Origin: the human T2T-CHM13v2.0 reference genome, Homo sapiens
Reading direction: 5' to 3' (one strand)
Assembly: GCF_009914755.1 (NCBI RefSeq)
Contig: NC_060926.1
Length of the DNA: 64,000 bases
Part shown: positions 1 to 16,879 of the stretch, in pieces
Layout of the letters: every line of letters starts with the position of its first letter
How positions within the stretch are numbered: position 1 is the first letter of the stretch
The notes under the pieces: model-generated
Told to the model about the DNA's origin: nothing
Seen by the model: the letters and a program-made list of their open reading frames with translations, nothing else
Databases searched by the model: none
Program-made: the position numbers and the translations under genes

Positions 1-994
1 CAAGCATAATCTTTTCATATACTCAAGCCATCATTATGGTTAATTTCATAATGGTTTACATGCAGTGCCAAAATGTTCACATGCTAGCAAATTATTTTTA
101 TTTTATACATAATCTAATAACCATAACCATAAAGCTGAAATGATTTCTAGCTTTCATTTTGACCATGTCCCTAAAAGCTGTTTACCTGGCTGCTGATCAC
201 ATGTAAACTGAATTGGTTCCTTAACAAAGGGATGAAAATTGAGTGGAAAAGGTATCAATTAGAGAAACTGAATGGCTCATGACCCTACTAAGTTGCAAGA
301 ATACTATTTTCACAATTGTAATAATAAAAAATAAAAAAATGAAAATGCCACTGTTCAACAGAAATATATTTTCCTATAAATAAATATATTTGTAATTACA
401 GATACCAATCACAACTTGGGCATTAATTAAACAGAGAAAACACTTAAAAAAAATCTGTTGTTAGAGAATCTCCTTAATTTTTTTCAAAGCTGAATAGAAC
501 TTGTCCTTGCATTAAACTCTCTTCTGTGTTATCTGTGCAGCTGCAAAACTTTATTCATTCAGTCAGTCAAAAGTTGATATTGTTTGCAAGACTCTCCAAT
601 GGCAAATCTCCTAAATAAGTCCTTACAGCTCTTCATATTTTCACAACACCACATCAGTGTCATTAATGTGCATCATCTCCACGTTCCATCCTTTCCTGGA
701 AAGGTTCATTATGATCCTCCAAACATAACCTAACAGCTATACTTTTCTAGAGTGCTTCTGGAACTAGCCAGGCAAAATTCGTGTGCTGTATCTTATATCT
801 TACTTTTTGCCTTCCTGTATTGTGTGCTTGGTTCTTTAAAAAACAGTTATGCACATGTAAAAAAAGTATTAGGCAAAAGTATGCAGGTTAAAGATATGTA
901 CACCTAAGTCTAGTTACTGATGATTATAGCAATAGCAAAAGCTAAATAAGTTCATATCTTTTTTGATGGAATCACATATCTTTTATGTTGTTAT

Positions 995-1170
995 TGTTCT
1001 ATGAAAAATCTTAGAGATCAACTAAACCAAAACTCTTATTATTCAAATTTGAAACTGTAGTCCAGAAAGAAGAACTGATTGGTTACAAGTTCCAGAGCTG
1101 GCATCATCAGAGCTAGGGCTGCAATCCATCTCTAGATCCCCACTTGGGAGCTTTTTCTTAGGCTCCACGC
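995..1170 (-). mobile_element. MIR-family SINE remnant
   Basis: Degenerate MIR core (cttagagatca...gaaactgtagtccagaaag...agagctaggg). Confidence 0.5.
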
Positions 1171-3852
1171 TGAAAGACAAGCCATCCTATGATAAGTACT
1201 GAATTATAGGAAGGTCTCGCTAGTCCAGAAACATTACAGGTTACTCTAAAGATTCTAGTTTTGCTAGATGTGTCTTGTCTTCCCCTACTTTTGTTTATAG
1301 AAATCCTTGGCTCCAAATAAAGCCTGTGACACATAAGCTTCTTGCTGTTATCACTTTTTTCATCCCTTTAACACTTCCTGGAATGCTGTTACCTTCACTA
1401 CCTCATTCTAATTCCATCAGTGCTTCTTTATAAGCAGCCCACAGGATGGCTTTCATTATAACAGCCACACATTGCACCTTGGCTCAAGTGAGAAATGCTG
1501 CTTAGATCCACAAGGTAAAACAAAATAAACAGTTGCCTTCACCTGTTTCACAATCTTCATTCTACATCAACTCTTAATCACTATAAAGGATACACATGAT
1601 AGGCGTGTGCAAATTAGAAATGGTTCAAAGAATAAAAATGCTACTATGTGATCAGTTTTTCTTTAAAATTATAATTAATTATCATTTAGAATTAATGAAC
1701 ATATATGGATATTCATGTAAAATTTAATGCAAAATGTTGTAAGCAAATCCAGTTCTGCTCTATACCATATTTACTTACAGCTTACAAGAACAAAAAATAA
1801 ATGTACTTTCATAAACAGATTACTATGATGGTTCTGTTCACTCTACATTTAAAACAGCCACTTTGTCATTTTTTGAAAACTTGCCTCATATGGGAGGGAG
1901 TTCTCCACATGCAGATGTCTGCTGCCATCTATGTGGAAAGCAGAAATAGTGGGTGTGGTTTGAAACAAGTCTCTTTTGTGTGATGCACAAATACTCAAGT
2001 GTCCAGACTTTATCATCAAACCGAGTGGTAAGTTGGAAATGAAGCCCAATTTTTAGTGACCTGCCACCTCTCCTAGGCCTTGCTTGATTCTCTGAACGGG
2101 ACTCATAGCTTCTACATTCTCCCTGGCCTGCTTTGCCTTAGGGCATAAGATAAGGAATGCTCAGTTTCCAGAAGACTGAGAAATGCCACTTCTACAAGAG
2201 AGGTGCTGGTTCTTGGCACAGTTGCTTTCTGAGCTGAAAAAAAGTGCCATGACATGTACAGAACTACAATGGAGTTAAATTCTGAAGAGTGTAATATATG
2301 TATGCACATATATTAGACACGGGAAATGTGCATATGTAAGAAATGGAAAATGTTCATTGGACTTATGGCATTCACATCTAATTGGGGATATACCTGATCC
2401 ACATCTACAGGTCTTTAGGGTTGCTCAGGATTTCAAATCTTCCCATTTAATCTTTATAGGTGATACTTTGGAGGGTGGCTGCCCATTTCTCTCTAAATGG
2501 CTATATCTAGTCCCCCACTTTTCACACTCTTTTTTTTATTTTCTTTGAGTCTCAGTTGAACTATTCATTCTTGTCTTCCAGAACTCACTTCAAATGGGTT
2601 TTCCATCTATCATGAGTCTAGTGTTCTCACCTTTGTCTTACAATTAATTCTTCTGCAGATCCCCTCACACTGATCTCCTCCCCTGAGCTTTGGACAATTA
2701 TATTCTCTCATCTCTTTCACATAAATCGCACTTGGAAGACAAACTCCTCAGGTTAAGCTGCCATCTGGTGTGTGTATTTTTCATCAAGAACTAGCAACAC
2801 CCACATCAATAGCATCCACCTTTACCATCACCTATATAAGCAACTTACTTTGGGAACCTATTTCCTTATTTCAGCATTCTCATTTGAATCAATCTAGCCT
2901 AGGTTAGGGACACTGGAACCAAACTTGGCTGTCCCTGGACTGGCCTGGGATACCTATAATATAGGAGGGACTCGACGAGGAACTGGAGGTGTGAGAGCAA
3001 ATAGGAATAAGATACAGTTTCTGAGATGAAGAATCTAATAAAATCCAATAGAATGGGGCTGTGTCCTAAGATGAAGCAGGCCAGGAAGATTTTAGCAGGA
3101 AATGGGTCCAGTTCAAAAAATCAAGCAAGGCTTGGGAGAGGTGGTAGATCACTGAAGGTCAAAGCACAAAGGATCAGGATCTAGTAAACGGGCTTTGGAA
3201 ACGGAAAACCTTAGGAGACCCTGAACATTTCAAAAAGACATTTGTGCTCTACCTTCTTTCAAACTCTTAACTCTGGGCACCTACACTGTAGAGATGTAAC
3301 AGAAGGCAGAAGAAATCAGGGGCATACAGGTAGGTGTGTCATCTTTTGGTTGGCACATAGATGTTCTGATTACAGACAGATTGTATTATTTTAAGAGAGA
3401 TGGGGCATGTGAATATGGTGCAAGTTATTTTTTTTTTTGTCTTCAGTTTTTTTTTTCAAGGGATAGCAAGGTTTATATAGAGTGGTGTGCCTTTCGAATG
3501 GCCTCTATTTACACAAAGAGATTGGGGATTAGGGGAGGATAGGGAAGGGAATTTAACCTTACATCCTCACATTGAATGGCCTTTGTGGAAGCAGTCCTAA
3601 TAATTTTCCATTACTGTCCAACTTTGTATTCTGTTTTTTTTTTTTTTTTATATACTTTAAGTTTTAGGGTACATGTGCACATTGTGCAGGTTAGTTACAT
3701 ATGTATACATGTGCCATGCTGGTGTGCTGCACCCACTAACTCGTCATCTAGCATTAGGTATATCTCCCAGTGCTATCCCTCCCCCCCCCCCCACCCCACA
3801 ACAGTCCCCAGAGTGTGATATTCCCCTTCCTGTGTCCATGTGATCTCATTGT

Positions 3853-7693
<3,841 letters not shown>

Positions 7694-7741
7694 TTATTTT
7701 GCTCGTTAGTTGATGCAGTTTCTTCCTAGTCTCAATGGTCT

Positions 7742-8761
7742 TTACAATTTGGCATGATTTTGCAGCCGCTGGTACTGGTTGTTCCTTTCCATATTTAGTG
7801 CTTCCTTCAGGAGCTCTTTTAGGGCAGGCCTGGTGGTGACAAAATCTCTCAGCATTTGCTTGTCTGTAAAGTATTTTATTTCTCCTTCGCTTATGAAGCT
7901 TAGTTTGGCTGGATATGAAATTCTGGGTTGAAAATTCTTTTCTTTAAGAATGTTGAACATTGGCCCCCACTCTCTTCTGGCTTGTAGGGTTTCTGCCGAG
8001 AGATCCGCTGTTAGTCTGATGGGCTTCCCTTTGAGGGTAACCCGACCTTTCTCTCTGGTTGCCCTTAACATTTTTTTTTCCTTCATTTCAACTTTGGTGA
8101 ATCTGACAATTATGTGTCTTGGAGTTGCTCTTCTCGAGGAGTATCTTTGTGGCGTTCTCTGTATTTCCTGAATCTGAACGTTGGCCTGCCTTGCTAGATT
8201 GGGGAAGTTCTCCTGGATAATATCCTGCAGCTTGTTTTCCAACTTGGTTCCATTGTCCCCATCGCTTTCAGGTACACCAATCAGACGTAGATTTGGTCTT
8301 TTCACATAGTCCCATATTTCTTGGAGGCTTTGCTCATTTCTTTTTATTCTTTTTTCTCTAAACTTCCCTTCTCACTTCATTTCATTCATTTCATCTTCCA
8401 TTGCTGACACCCTTTCTTCCAGTTGATTGCATCAGCTCCTGAGGCTTCTGCATTCTTCACGTAGTTCTCGAGCCTTGGTTTTCAGCTCCATCAGCTACTT
8501 TAAGCATTTCTCTGTATTGGTTATTCTAGTTATACATTCTTCTAAATTTTTTTCAAAGTTTTCAACTTCTTTGCCTTTGGTTTGAATGTCCTCCCGTAGC
8601 TCAGAGTAATTTGATCGTCTGAAGCCTTCTTCTCTCAGCTCATCAAAGTCATTCTCCATCCAGCTTTGTTCCGTTGCTGGTGAGGAACTGTGTTCCTTTG
8701 GAGGAGGAGAGGCGCTCTGCTTTTTAGAGTTTCCAGTTTTTCTGTTCTGTTTTTTCCCCAT
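7742..8761 (-). pseudogene. L1 ORF1p, three in-frame stops
   Basis: MGKKQNRKTGNSK...LQNHAKL in one frame (1020 nt). TAG at 8495-8497 and two CGA>TGA stops near 8433 and 8373. One extra Lys in EMKEKKML. Confidence 0.96.
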
Positions 8762-9661
8762 CTTTGTGGTTTTATCTACTTTTGGTCTTTGATGATGGTG
8801 ATGTACAGATGGGTTTTTGGTGTGGACGTCCTTTCTGTTTGTTAGTTTTCCTTCTAACAGACAGGACCCTCAGCTGCAGGTCTGTTGGAATACCCTGCCA
8901 TGGGAGGTGTCAGTGTGCCCCTGCTGGGGGGTGCCTCCCAGTTAGGCTGCTAGGGGGTCAGGGATCAGGGACCCACTTGAGGCAGTCTGCCCGTTCTCAG
9001 ATCTCCAGCAGCGTGCTGGGAGAACCACTGCTCTCTTCAAAGCTGTCAGACAGGGACATTTAAGTCTGCAAAAGTTACTGCTGTCTTATTGTTTGTCTGT
9101 GCCCTGCCCCCAGAGGTGGAGCCTACAGAGGCAGGCAGGCCTCCTTGAGCTGTGGTGGACTCCACCCAGTTCGAGCTTCCCGGCTGCTTTGTTTACCTAA
9201 TCAAGCCTGGGCAATGGCGGGCGCCCCTCCCCCAGCCTCGCTGCCGCCTTGCAGTTTGATCTCAGACTGCTGTGCTAGCAATCAGTGAGACTCCGTGGGC
9301 GTAGGACCCTCCCAGCCAGGTGCGGGATATAATCTCGTGGTGGGCCGTTTTTTAAGCCCGTTGGAAAAGCGCAGTATTCGGGTGGGAGTGACCCGATTTT
9401 CCAGGTGCTGTCCGTCACCCCTTTCTTTGACTCGGAAGGGAAACTCCCTGACCCCTTGCGCTTCCCAAGTGAGGCAATGCCTCGCCCTGCCTCGGCTCGC
9501 ACACGGTGCGCGCACCCACTGACCTGCGCCCACTGTCTGGCACTCCCTAGTGAGATGAACCCAGTACCTCAGATGGAAATGCAGAAATCGCCCGTCTTCT
9601 GCGTCGCTCACGCTGGGAGCTGTAGACCGGAGCTGTTCCTATTCGGCCATCTTGGCTCCTC
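8762..9661 (-). promoter_or_regulatory. L1 5'UTR: internal sense promoter plus antisense promoter firing toward higher coordinates; YY1 site intact
   Basis: The main CpG-rich stretch of the window. YY1 motif CCAAGATGGCCG at 9644-9655 (minus strand). Confidence 0.85.
9214..9522 (+). pseudogene. L1 ORF0, truncated by a nonsense codon
   Basis: ATG at 9214 gives MAGAPPPASLPPCSLISDCCASNQ, then TGA at 9286-9288. The same frame resumes as the listed 9295..9522 ORF (GVGPSQPGAGYNLVV...). Confidence 0.85.
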
Positions 9662-10439
9662 GATCGTCTTCTGTTTCTTACTGGCAATATTCCCCAAGCT
9701 AGAGCTATGCAATCAGTCTTCTATATTCCTTAAATCTGTATAGTCTATTGTAAAGTTAAGTATGAGTTTCTATTATATAAATTAACTCAAGTATTGTTCA
9801 GAGATTTTACTTATATAAATTTTTTTTCATCTGGAGGAAATTAATGTATATCATTATATATAGAAGCCATTTTCTCCTGAAAGTAACAATGTAGGTACTT
9901 TGATGTTATTTGCAGTGAAATTTACCTTTACAGGGATAACTGCAGTAACCTTTTAAATGAACATATGTATATATGTGAACTTGCACCTGTTATTGTTGTC
10001 ATGGAAACAGTTCCAAAACATAAGATACAATTCTATTATTGAGGCAGTATAGTTCCCCAAATGAATTTTAATGAAATTGCAGCAGAAAAAAAAAAAGAAT
10101 TTTATGGAGGCTTCTAAATTATTTAGTAAAGTTTGCCAACTAGAATCTGACTACATCATACCATAGTAATCTTCACCTAAAAAGGAAACAACAGTCAGCA
10201 AATGTCAATCATGCAAAAAGGGGCATAAAGTAGGTTTATTTAAAAAGTGAACACAGTACCCCAATTCTAGCTTTTTAGTGTCTATCTTTAATATTGCCCA
10301 ATCACTACTCCTATTGTTGATGGAAGTATATTTGACCATTAGCTGTCTGAGTGGCACACACCAAGATCACTGAGTTATCTGGATTTTTTTCCTAGTTTCT
10401 GTCATCTTTGGGCTTTCTATTGACATGAGGTGAATAGAT

Positions 10440-10630
10440 TTAGGGCTAGAATGTTTTAAATGCTGAGAGACCTAAAGGACCTCTATTTCAACCCATTGCA
10501 TTACAGATTAGGGAACCAATGCCTAAAAAAGTTAGGTGATTTGTCTGAGGTACACAAGTAAATGTGGCAGGGCTGCATTAGGGGTTGGGTTTCTGACTCT
10601 CCTCCTCCCATGCACAGTCACTGTGCTGCC
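10440..10630 (-). mobile_element. MIR SINE
   Basis: ttacagattagggaacc...gttaggtgatttgtctgaggtacacaag matches the MIR core. Confidence 0.6.
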
Positions 10631-10677
10631 TCGTGAAATACAGCCCTCTCTGCTGCCAGTTACAACTGGTGCATTCT

Positions 10678-10737
10678 ACTCCAGCCTGGGCAACAGAGCA
10701 AGACTCTGTCTCAAAAAAACAAAAACAAAAACAAAAA
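10678..10737 (+). mobile_element. Severely 5'-truncated Alu (last 35 nt plus A-rich tail) with perfect 14-bp TSD
   Basis: actccagcctgggcaacagagcaagactctgtctc followed by (AAAAAC)n. TSD aactggtgcattct at 10664-10677 and 10738-10751. Confidence 0.92.
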
Positions 10738-11764
10738 AACTGGTGCATTCTTTCATAAAGGAAAGAAATCAAATTCTGAATGTGAATACCTGAATTTTCA
10801 TTCCCCACTTACATTGTTACAGGAGTGAAGTACAATTTGCTTAATGAAATAAAATTTCAGTATCCTCCTTAGTGTATGTATCTCCTCACTAAATATGTTG
10901 ATTGCATGTAGATTACTTCTTTTACCCATGGAAACCGAACGAATATCTTAATGTAAGAAGAGTAGTTTTCTCAATTTGTAACCACTGCTTCACCTCTTCT
11001 GTAATCCGAAGTCATGTGAATGAAATGTCCCAGGCTCATAATGAAGCCAACTGTGAAACCAGCGCTTACCTCCAAGTCAAGAGCCTGGGAAACATCTATG
11101 GAGCTTAGCTTAAAACTATCTGATGATGAATTGGGACTCCAGTATATCATTTTGTGCACACAGTTATGGCATAATATTTGGGGGAAAGGAAGCCTTCACA
11201 GTTATAAAATATGAGTGGGAAATGATTATCCCTAGATACAGAGAGTACTTATTATGTAACTGTTGTTAAGGGCTGACGACATGGCAGGCTCTGTGCCAAG
11301 TCAAGTCTCCGACGGAGCGGAGGACTCCCCAGGCTCTAGAAGGCCCCTGAGACAGTGTGTCATACAGTGATGAGGGGTAGAAAATACTCTAACCATTCAG
11401 GATGTGATTGTTTTGGCTTCCTCTCGGCTGAGCTTTTGGCACTTGAACTGGACCCAATGCAACACCACAGCTGGGAAATGACATTATTTGGATTGGTTAA
11501 GAGGAGTTTTTGAAGCAAACCCCACTGTAGTATTAGAGAAATAAAAAAATTCCTGCTATATCCAACAAGTCCCAGAGAGGCTGTCTCTCTATTGTTCACA
11601 TGTTTGGACATGAATGTGCATTTATGAACACTTTTTTGTATAAATACACAGATATATAAGCTATGCAAAGCCATATAAATCTGTACTACTAGAATAATTC
11701 ATTCCATAAATATTTCTTGAGCATTCACTACATACCAAGCACATTTTTCTAGTTTAAAAGTGAA

Positions 11765-11919
11765 GTCGGGCATGGCAGCTCCTGCCTGTACTCCCAGCTA
11801 CTTAGGAGACTGAGGCAGGAGGATTGCATGAACCTAGGAGTTCAAGGCTGCAGTGAACCATGATCACTGCCATTGCACTACTGCCTGGATGACAGAATGA
11901 TACCCCGACTCAAAAAAAA
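11765..11919 (+). mobile_element. Free Alu monomer (FRAM/FAM-like)
   Basis: Single right-arm-type monomer with A tail, flanked by aaaagtga on both sides. Confidence 0.8.
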
Positions 11920-11972
11920 GTGACCCACATGTGTATTTGTCACTTTTAAAATAGAGACAATAAATTTCTTCC

Positions 11973-12525
11973 GTGATTTTTAAAGAACTTAAAACAGAGG
12001 TACTATTCAACCCAGCAATCCCATTATTGGGTATATACCCAAAGGAAAATAAATCATTCTACCAAAAAGGCACATGGACTTGCACGTTCATCACTATGCC
12101 ATTCACAATAGCAAAGGCATGGAATCAAGTCAGGTGCCCATCAACAGTGGATTGGATAAAGCTAATACGGTATATATACACCATGGAATATTACACAGCC
12201 ATAAAAAAGAACAAAATCATGGTTTTTGCAGTGATATGGATGCAAGTGGAGGCCATAATCCTCAGCGAATTAACACAGCAACAGAAAACCAAATACCACG
12301 TGTTCTCACTGACAAATGGGAGATAATCACTGAGCATACACGGACATAAACGTGGGTATAATAGACACTCTGGACTACCTGGAATAGGGGGCATGGGTTG
12401 AAAAACTACTTTATCAGTACTGTACTCAGTACCTGAATGACGAGATCCACACCCCAAACTTCAGCATCACACAATAAACCCGCACATGTACCCCCTCCGT
12501 CAAAAATAAAAGTTGAAATTTAAAT
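11973..12525 (+). mobile_element. 5'-truncated old primate L1 (L1PA15/16 or L1PB-like): ORF2 C-terminus and 3'UTR
   Basis: ORF ...[17 protein letters not shown]...YTMEYY. TSD aataaatt(t/c)cttcc at 11959-11972 and 12526-12539. Confidence 0.88.
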
Positions 12526-13166
12526 AATAAATTCCTTCCTCACAGGTATTAAAAAGCACAATGTGAGTAAAGTACCTGATATGTGACCATAAATACCTGT
12601 CCCCCTTTGACCTTTTCTTTGCCCTCCCCTAACCTTGAGGTGTGATTAACCTTCCTGCCTTTTCAAATTCTGAAGACCACAACAGAGTAGGGAAAGAAGA
12701 GTGTGAAGGTGGTCCATCTAATCCCAATTCAGAGCCTGGGACAGACACCCATACTGAATCCTCTACTTTAGAAAAGAACTCCACAGGCTTTGAGAGTGAC
12801 CTGTCACTTGTCATAGCCCCTAAGGACTATGAGCTTTTTCACCATAAGCATTGCCTATTTGTTCCAATCTAGTAAGATCAGATTTATCAACAGACAGAAA
12901 AATAGATATCAGTTTTTTTTCTTATTCTAAAAACAATATGTTTATGTTGTTGAATACTGGGATAAAATATAGAAAATATTAATTATTCGTAATTCCTAAT
13001 CCAAGCAGTGTTCCACTCAATAATTTGATCTATTTCCTATAGTTTGCTACTAACTTCGGGGCAGATCTCCAGAAAATAAATATTGATGGGGCTATGATGT
13101 CTCCATTTTGACTAAATATATTGTTATATAAAGTGGTAACGCCTTACAATTTAAGTGTGAGAAGGA

Positions 13167-13226
13167 TGTGTGTGTGTGTGCGTGTGTGTGTGTGAGAGAG
13201 AGACAGAGAATATGAATATGAATATG
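13167..13226. repeat. Compound (TG)n(AG)n microsatellite plus (GAATAT)3
   Basis: Read directly from sequence. Confidence 0.9.
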
Positions 13227-14247
13227 ACAATACTTTGGAGAAATGTGTCCATTAGAATTTTACCACAAGCCAGACTGAAAACATCAAAGATGTTTAAGTA
13301 AAGCCTGTTTAGTTCTTTGTGAATGTAATTTTGGAAAACAAACTAAAACATAAAGATAAAAGGTCCACATTTCCTTTCATATTTGCAAATAAGGCTTATT
13401 TCATGAATGGTGAAATCGCTTTGTGTAATTTGTAACCTCATTGTTGTCCTGGATTGCCTGCCATGCTGCCTGTGTTTATGTTGCTTCTCCCTATGGCATG
13501 TGCTCTGAGCAGACAAGGGTATAATTATAAATCTCCATCCACTAACAAGAACAATGGTTGCATCCAGCAACTCGACTCTCCCTTTGTGAAGCTCTACAGG
13601 GATACCGTCTTGAATGTCAAAGGTCTACAAATGTCATAGAAACAGCTGCCACCACTTCTTTGCATTAGGCATCTCTTTCAACATTTACTCATGGTATTGC
13701 CTTACCCATCTAGGCAGAAGCAAACCAAAATCCAGAGATTTTAAAATATGGTATCTATAATTACAAGAAACAACAAGAAACCAAAGAGGAATACAAATAC
13801 AACCATGCCTTGTGTTTCAAGACTTTCTAGACTTGCTTAGAAAAAAAGAGACTAAATTTTTGTCTCTGGGCAAAGTTAGTCAGACGAGAAAGACAAACTT
13901 CACATGCAAGGTATACTTTTTGCTGTCTCCATTTTTATAAAAGCAAAGTTAATGAGGCTTTGATCTTTATTCCATAGTTATTAAGATTATTTTCCTAAAT
14001 CCGAGATCATTGCAGAGATATACAAGGTAGTTCTGCCAAATCATTCATTCATTCCTTCACCAAACGTGGATACGAGTGTCTACTGAATGTCCAGTAAAAG
14101 CAGGAATACAGACATTGAAGGCTCATTTCATTGCCCTTAGTTTCTACATATCATAGCTGTGATGCATGGAATATTAAGGAAACCCCTAAATCTTTAACTG
14201 AGTTAATTCACAACTTACCAGAGCTATTTTCAATTCATGAAAATAAA

Positions 14248-14539
14248 GGCCAGGCGTGTAATCCCAGCACTCTGGGAGGCCAAAGTGGGTGGATTGCTTG
14301 AGCCTCAGGAGTTCAAGACCAGCCTGGGCAACATGATAAAACCCTGCCTCTACCGAAAATACAAATAAATAAATAAACTGGGCATGGTAGTGTCTGCGGT
14401 CCCACCTACTTGAGAGCTGAGATGGGAGGATCACTTGAGCCTAGGAGGTAGATGTTATAGTGACCAAGATCACCCCACTGTACTCCAACCTTGGTGACAA
14501 AGTGAGACCCTGTCTCAAAAAAGAGAAAAAGAAAAGAAA
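14248..14539 (+). mobile_element. AluJ-type element
   Basis: Dimeric Alu with ggattgcttgagcc and agcctgggcaac J-type diagnostics; short deletion near the 5' end. Confidence 0.9.
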
Positions 14540-16879
14540 GATTTCTCAAGTCTAAGTTCAGTATTTAAGAAAAAATAAAAAGTAACATCATGGCTTTGAG
14601 CTTGATTTTACCTCTGTTTTAGACTAAGAAGTCTATTCAAATGGAGCCTATGGCCCTGTAACCTGGCTCTGGGAAAATGAACAAAGGAATGCAACATCAC
14701 ATCAGCACTGTGTATTTTTGGAAGGGTATTGCATTTTTCCTTTGTGGTGGATTGGTCCGTGCACTTGAAAATACATTCACAGTGGGAAGGCACCAACTCT
14801 GCTGCACATTTATAGTTGAATCTATTTTTTTTCCTGACAAATATTCAAGTGGGGGAGGAATTCCATGTGAATGCTCTAGTGCCTCCTTCCCTCTGATGAG
14901 TCTAAGTGCTAGATAAACAAACATTATTTCTAAAACCTCAAGGGGAATACTTGAAACTGGAGCAACGTAAGAGGAAAAGTGGGCAGAATGGATAGCTTCT
15001 AGGGAGACTGTGACATTTCTGAGTAATTACTGAGGGGTCTAGGGTCTGGGGGACAACGCTCCCATCAGCAGCCCTTTTGTTATTAAAAAAAAATGAACAT
15101 CTGAGCAATTTAATGGAAAGTGCTGTGAAAACACAGCTGCAAGCCTTACATTCTTACCAGATCACCTCCTCTAAGCTTTCCTATGTAGAAATTTTGAAGC
15201 TTTCCTGGTATCTCCTCACTAGGGGGTTAGGAAGTAAGTAAATACACTGCACTCTTGGTTTAGTGGTGGGAGATACATTAGGAAAGCGTCAGTGCACATG
15301 AGGAGACCCACAGGCTAACAGCCATCATTTACTGAGCATCTACTACGTGAGTCTCCTTCTGAGCGTTTCCACATCTATTATCTCTTTAAATTTCCCAACA
15401 ACACTAAGGTAATGACAGCCTTTCCTGCTGACCTATGAAGGCCAGGCTGGGAGTTGTCCGATGACTTTTCCTGTATAATGTCACCCCAGGGGAAGACGTT
15501 ACTCTGATTTTTCCACCTCATGTTTTTCCCTGGCAGTTGCTGTGAGAGAATGTTGTTTTTGGAGCTGAGTAGGCAAGTGGTGTGCATGATATGAAAAACC
15601 AAAAAAAAAAAAAAAAATGCACCAAACCCCACAAACTTTCTGACAGAAAGCACTCGTCAATTTTAGCCTGTCTATGCAATGATCGAGGCTTTCCTACTGC
15701 TGGATATTTCTAAGTGAGAAGATCCTACCTCAGTTTTCAGCTGGGCTTTAGCTCTGCAAGAAGTGCTGCCCCAGTCAGCCTTGGGGAGATCAGTAGAGGA
15801 TTAGTTAGCAGAGCAGCCACTGGAGGGCACTCCTGAAATCTAGAGGCTTCTTCCTCCCGAGGAAAGGGTTGCTGGAGTCCCTGCCTGAGACTGTGGGTTT
15901 AACAAAGAGAAGGAATGTCTGGGGGATAAGTCCCAGTGCACTCATTCTCTGGAAAAGGTCTGCTGTACATATTTGCCAAGTGATAAGGAACCTAGGAAAT
16001 CAAAAACCATTTGACAATTTACAGTGTTCAAAGGTAGCTTCCTGACTCTTGAGTTACATAAATGGCTATGTTAAAAATAGGCAGCCAATATAATTGAGCA
16101 ACCTTAAATGGCCTAGGATATGTACCATATGTGATAGCCATGAAAATAATCAAAAGAATAATTCAGTATAAATTAGGAATCATTCCCACTCCAGTGGACT
16201 CAGTCTTATGGAAGTGGCACATAGGAGAAACTTGGGATTCTGTGATTTGTGCTGTTCATGTACAGGTCTCTCTCTCCCTAGTGAAACTCAGCTCTTTAGT
16301 TTGGGAGCCTATACCGGATCTCTCTGATATCCCTCTCCAGCTCTAAACATATACTATGTAGTCACACTGATTGTCCGTTAAATACATTCAAGTCGTTATT
16401 TTCCTTATGACAAAATTCACAGTGAAAGGCCAAGTGTCCACCAGAAGAATTAGGTGCAAATCTAAAGTGGGTTAGTGGCATTTTCTCAGGACAGAGTGCA
16501 TGGGAGGACAACATAGCAATCCTGGAAGTTGACAGGGTAAAACTTTTGGACACTCTGACTCTGTGCTGTATGTACCTGTTTGCTTCTGCTTTGAAAATAA
16601 CTAGTAATATACAAGATCCACTTGAACCACTGAATTTAGCAAAATCAGGCCAAACCAGACGTCTTTGCATTAATATTGTCATTTTGTTTTATATTACTTA
16701 AAAAGTCAAACTTTTTTTTTTTTAATCATTCCTTCTCTTGACTATCTGCTGTTCTCCTGTGATGTATATTGTGAAAAACACATTTTAAAACCAAGACAGA
16801 TATCTCAAGATAGACATCATGTTCAGTTTCTAAGCTACAATTAAATCTCGTAGAATGGTAAGAGGTTTATATCAGACTG

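Noticed and set aside
8764-9063. 99-aa plus-strand ORF in the L1 5'UTR taken as ORF0
   Set aside because: ORF0 starts at 9214 (MAGAPPP); this is a different antisense frame with a GTG start.
12642-12872. Protein-like hydrophilic 76-aa ORF
   Set aside because: GTG start, no recognisable family and no convincing splice-site pair.
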